The position numbers and the translations under genes were made by a program. The notes under the pieces are model-generated. The model saw only the letters and a program-made list of their open reading frames with translations. It was not told the origin of the DNA and made no database searches. 32,000 bases of DNA from positions 646,089 through 678,088 of the forward strand of contig CAWIEX010000012.1 in NCBI GenBank assembly GCA_963835295.1. The letters run 5' to 3'. Positions 31,959 through 32,000 of the stretch are shown here, one piece after another; positions within the stretch are counted from its first letter, which is position 1, and each line of letters opens with the position of its first letter. The DNA is from an uncultured Actinomycetes bacterium. Lineage in GTDB: Bacteria > Actinomycetota > Thermoleophilia > Solirubrobacterales > Solirubrobacteraceae.

Positions 31959-32000
31959 ATGACGTGGGTCAAGCCCAAGTTTGAGTTCGTAGAGCTGTGT
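31959..32000 (+). CDS. pqqA: PqqA-like PQQ precursor peptide, first 14 codons only (runs off the window)
   Basis: Absent from the ORF track. AGGAGG (31949-31954) is followed by a 4-nt spacer and ATG 31959. The translation MTWVKPKFEFVELC matches the PqqA N-terminal pattern M-x-W-x-K-P-x-F/Y. The diagnostic E-x-x-x-Y would lie beyond the window. Confidence 0.55.
   Translation, partial: MTWVKPKFEFVELC

Noticed and set aside
1-32000. CRISPR arrays, tRNA/rRNA genes, IS elements, integrases, toxin-antitoxin or defence systems
   Set aside because: I saw no repeat-spacer periodicity, no cloverleaf-like AT/GC pattern in the short intergenic gaps, no terminal inverted repeats and no transposase- or integrase-like ORFs on either strand.

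Overview
This very GC-rich window looks actinobacterium-like, though that taxonomic guess is inference only. It is almost entirely coding. I found no rRNA, tRNA, CRISPR array, IS element or integrase. The window is a compact C1-metabolism and cofactor island arranged in alternating operons.

(1) 1-3145 (-): a four-gene cassette of MDR dehydrogenase, catalytically degenerate PTPS-like T-fold protein, GT1 glycosyltransferase and SAM methyltransferase. It is divergent from a FolE2/MptA-type GTP cyclohydrolase at 3237-4232.

(2) 9325-4233 (-): fae, an SDR, pterin-4a-carbinolamine dehydratase, a dihydropteroate-synthase-like gene, mtd and a DUF1464-like gene.

(3) 9351-17828 (+): a CitG-like gene, an ATP-grasp gene, fhcB-fhcA-fhcD(ftr)-fhcC, mch and a RimK/MptN-like gene.

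(4) 17794-27497: a HisA/F-like gene, hydantoinase-like (MfnF-like) and amino-acid-kinase-like (MfnE-like) genes, an orphan R2-like diiron protein, a GS-like/DUF447/mptG/mfnB operon, and pabAB-pabC.

(5) 27674-30478 (+): a small cupredoxin-like protein, a PQQ methanol/ethanol-family dehydrogenase and an MntP-like membrane protein. Convergent pepA follows, and the first 14 codons of a pqqA-like peptide sit at the window edge.

Main points of interest:
- The PQQ dehydrogenase carries the lanthanide-type D-Y-D signature but has no export signal and no xoxG/xoxJ partners.
- The pterin-tailoring-like cassette has unknown function.
- Three apparent 1-nt indels lie in G/C runs (mptG, the mfnF-like gene, and the 5' end of the dihydropteroate-synthase-like gene).
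- Several genes have conserved N-termini encoded upstream of any ATG/GTG/TTG.
- Gene packing is extremely tight, with overlapping convergent ends and overlapping divergent starts.

Many long track ORFs are antisense or out-of-frame shadows typical of high-GC DNA and were discarded.
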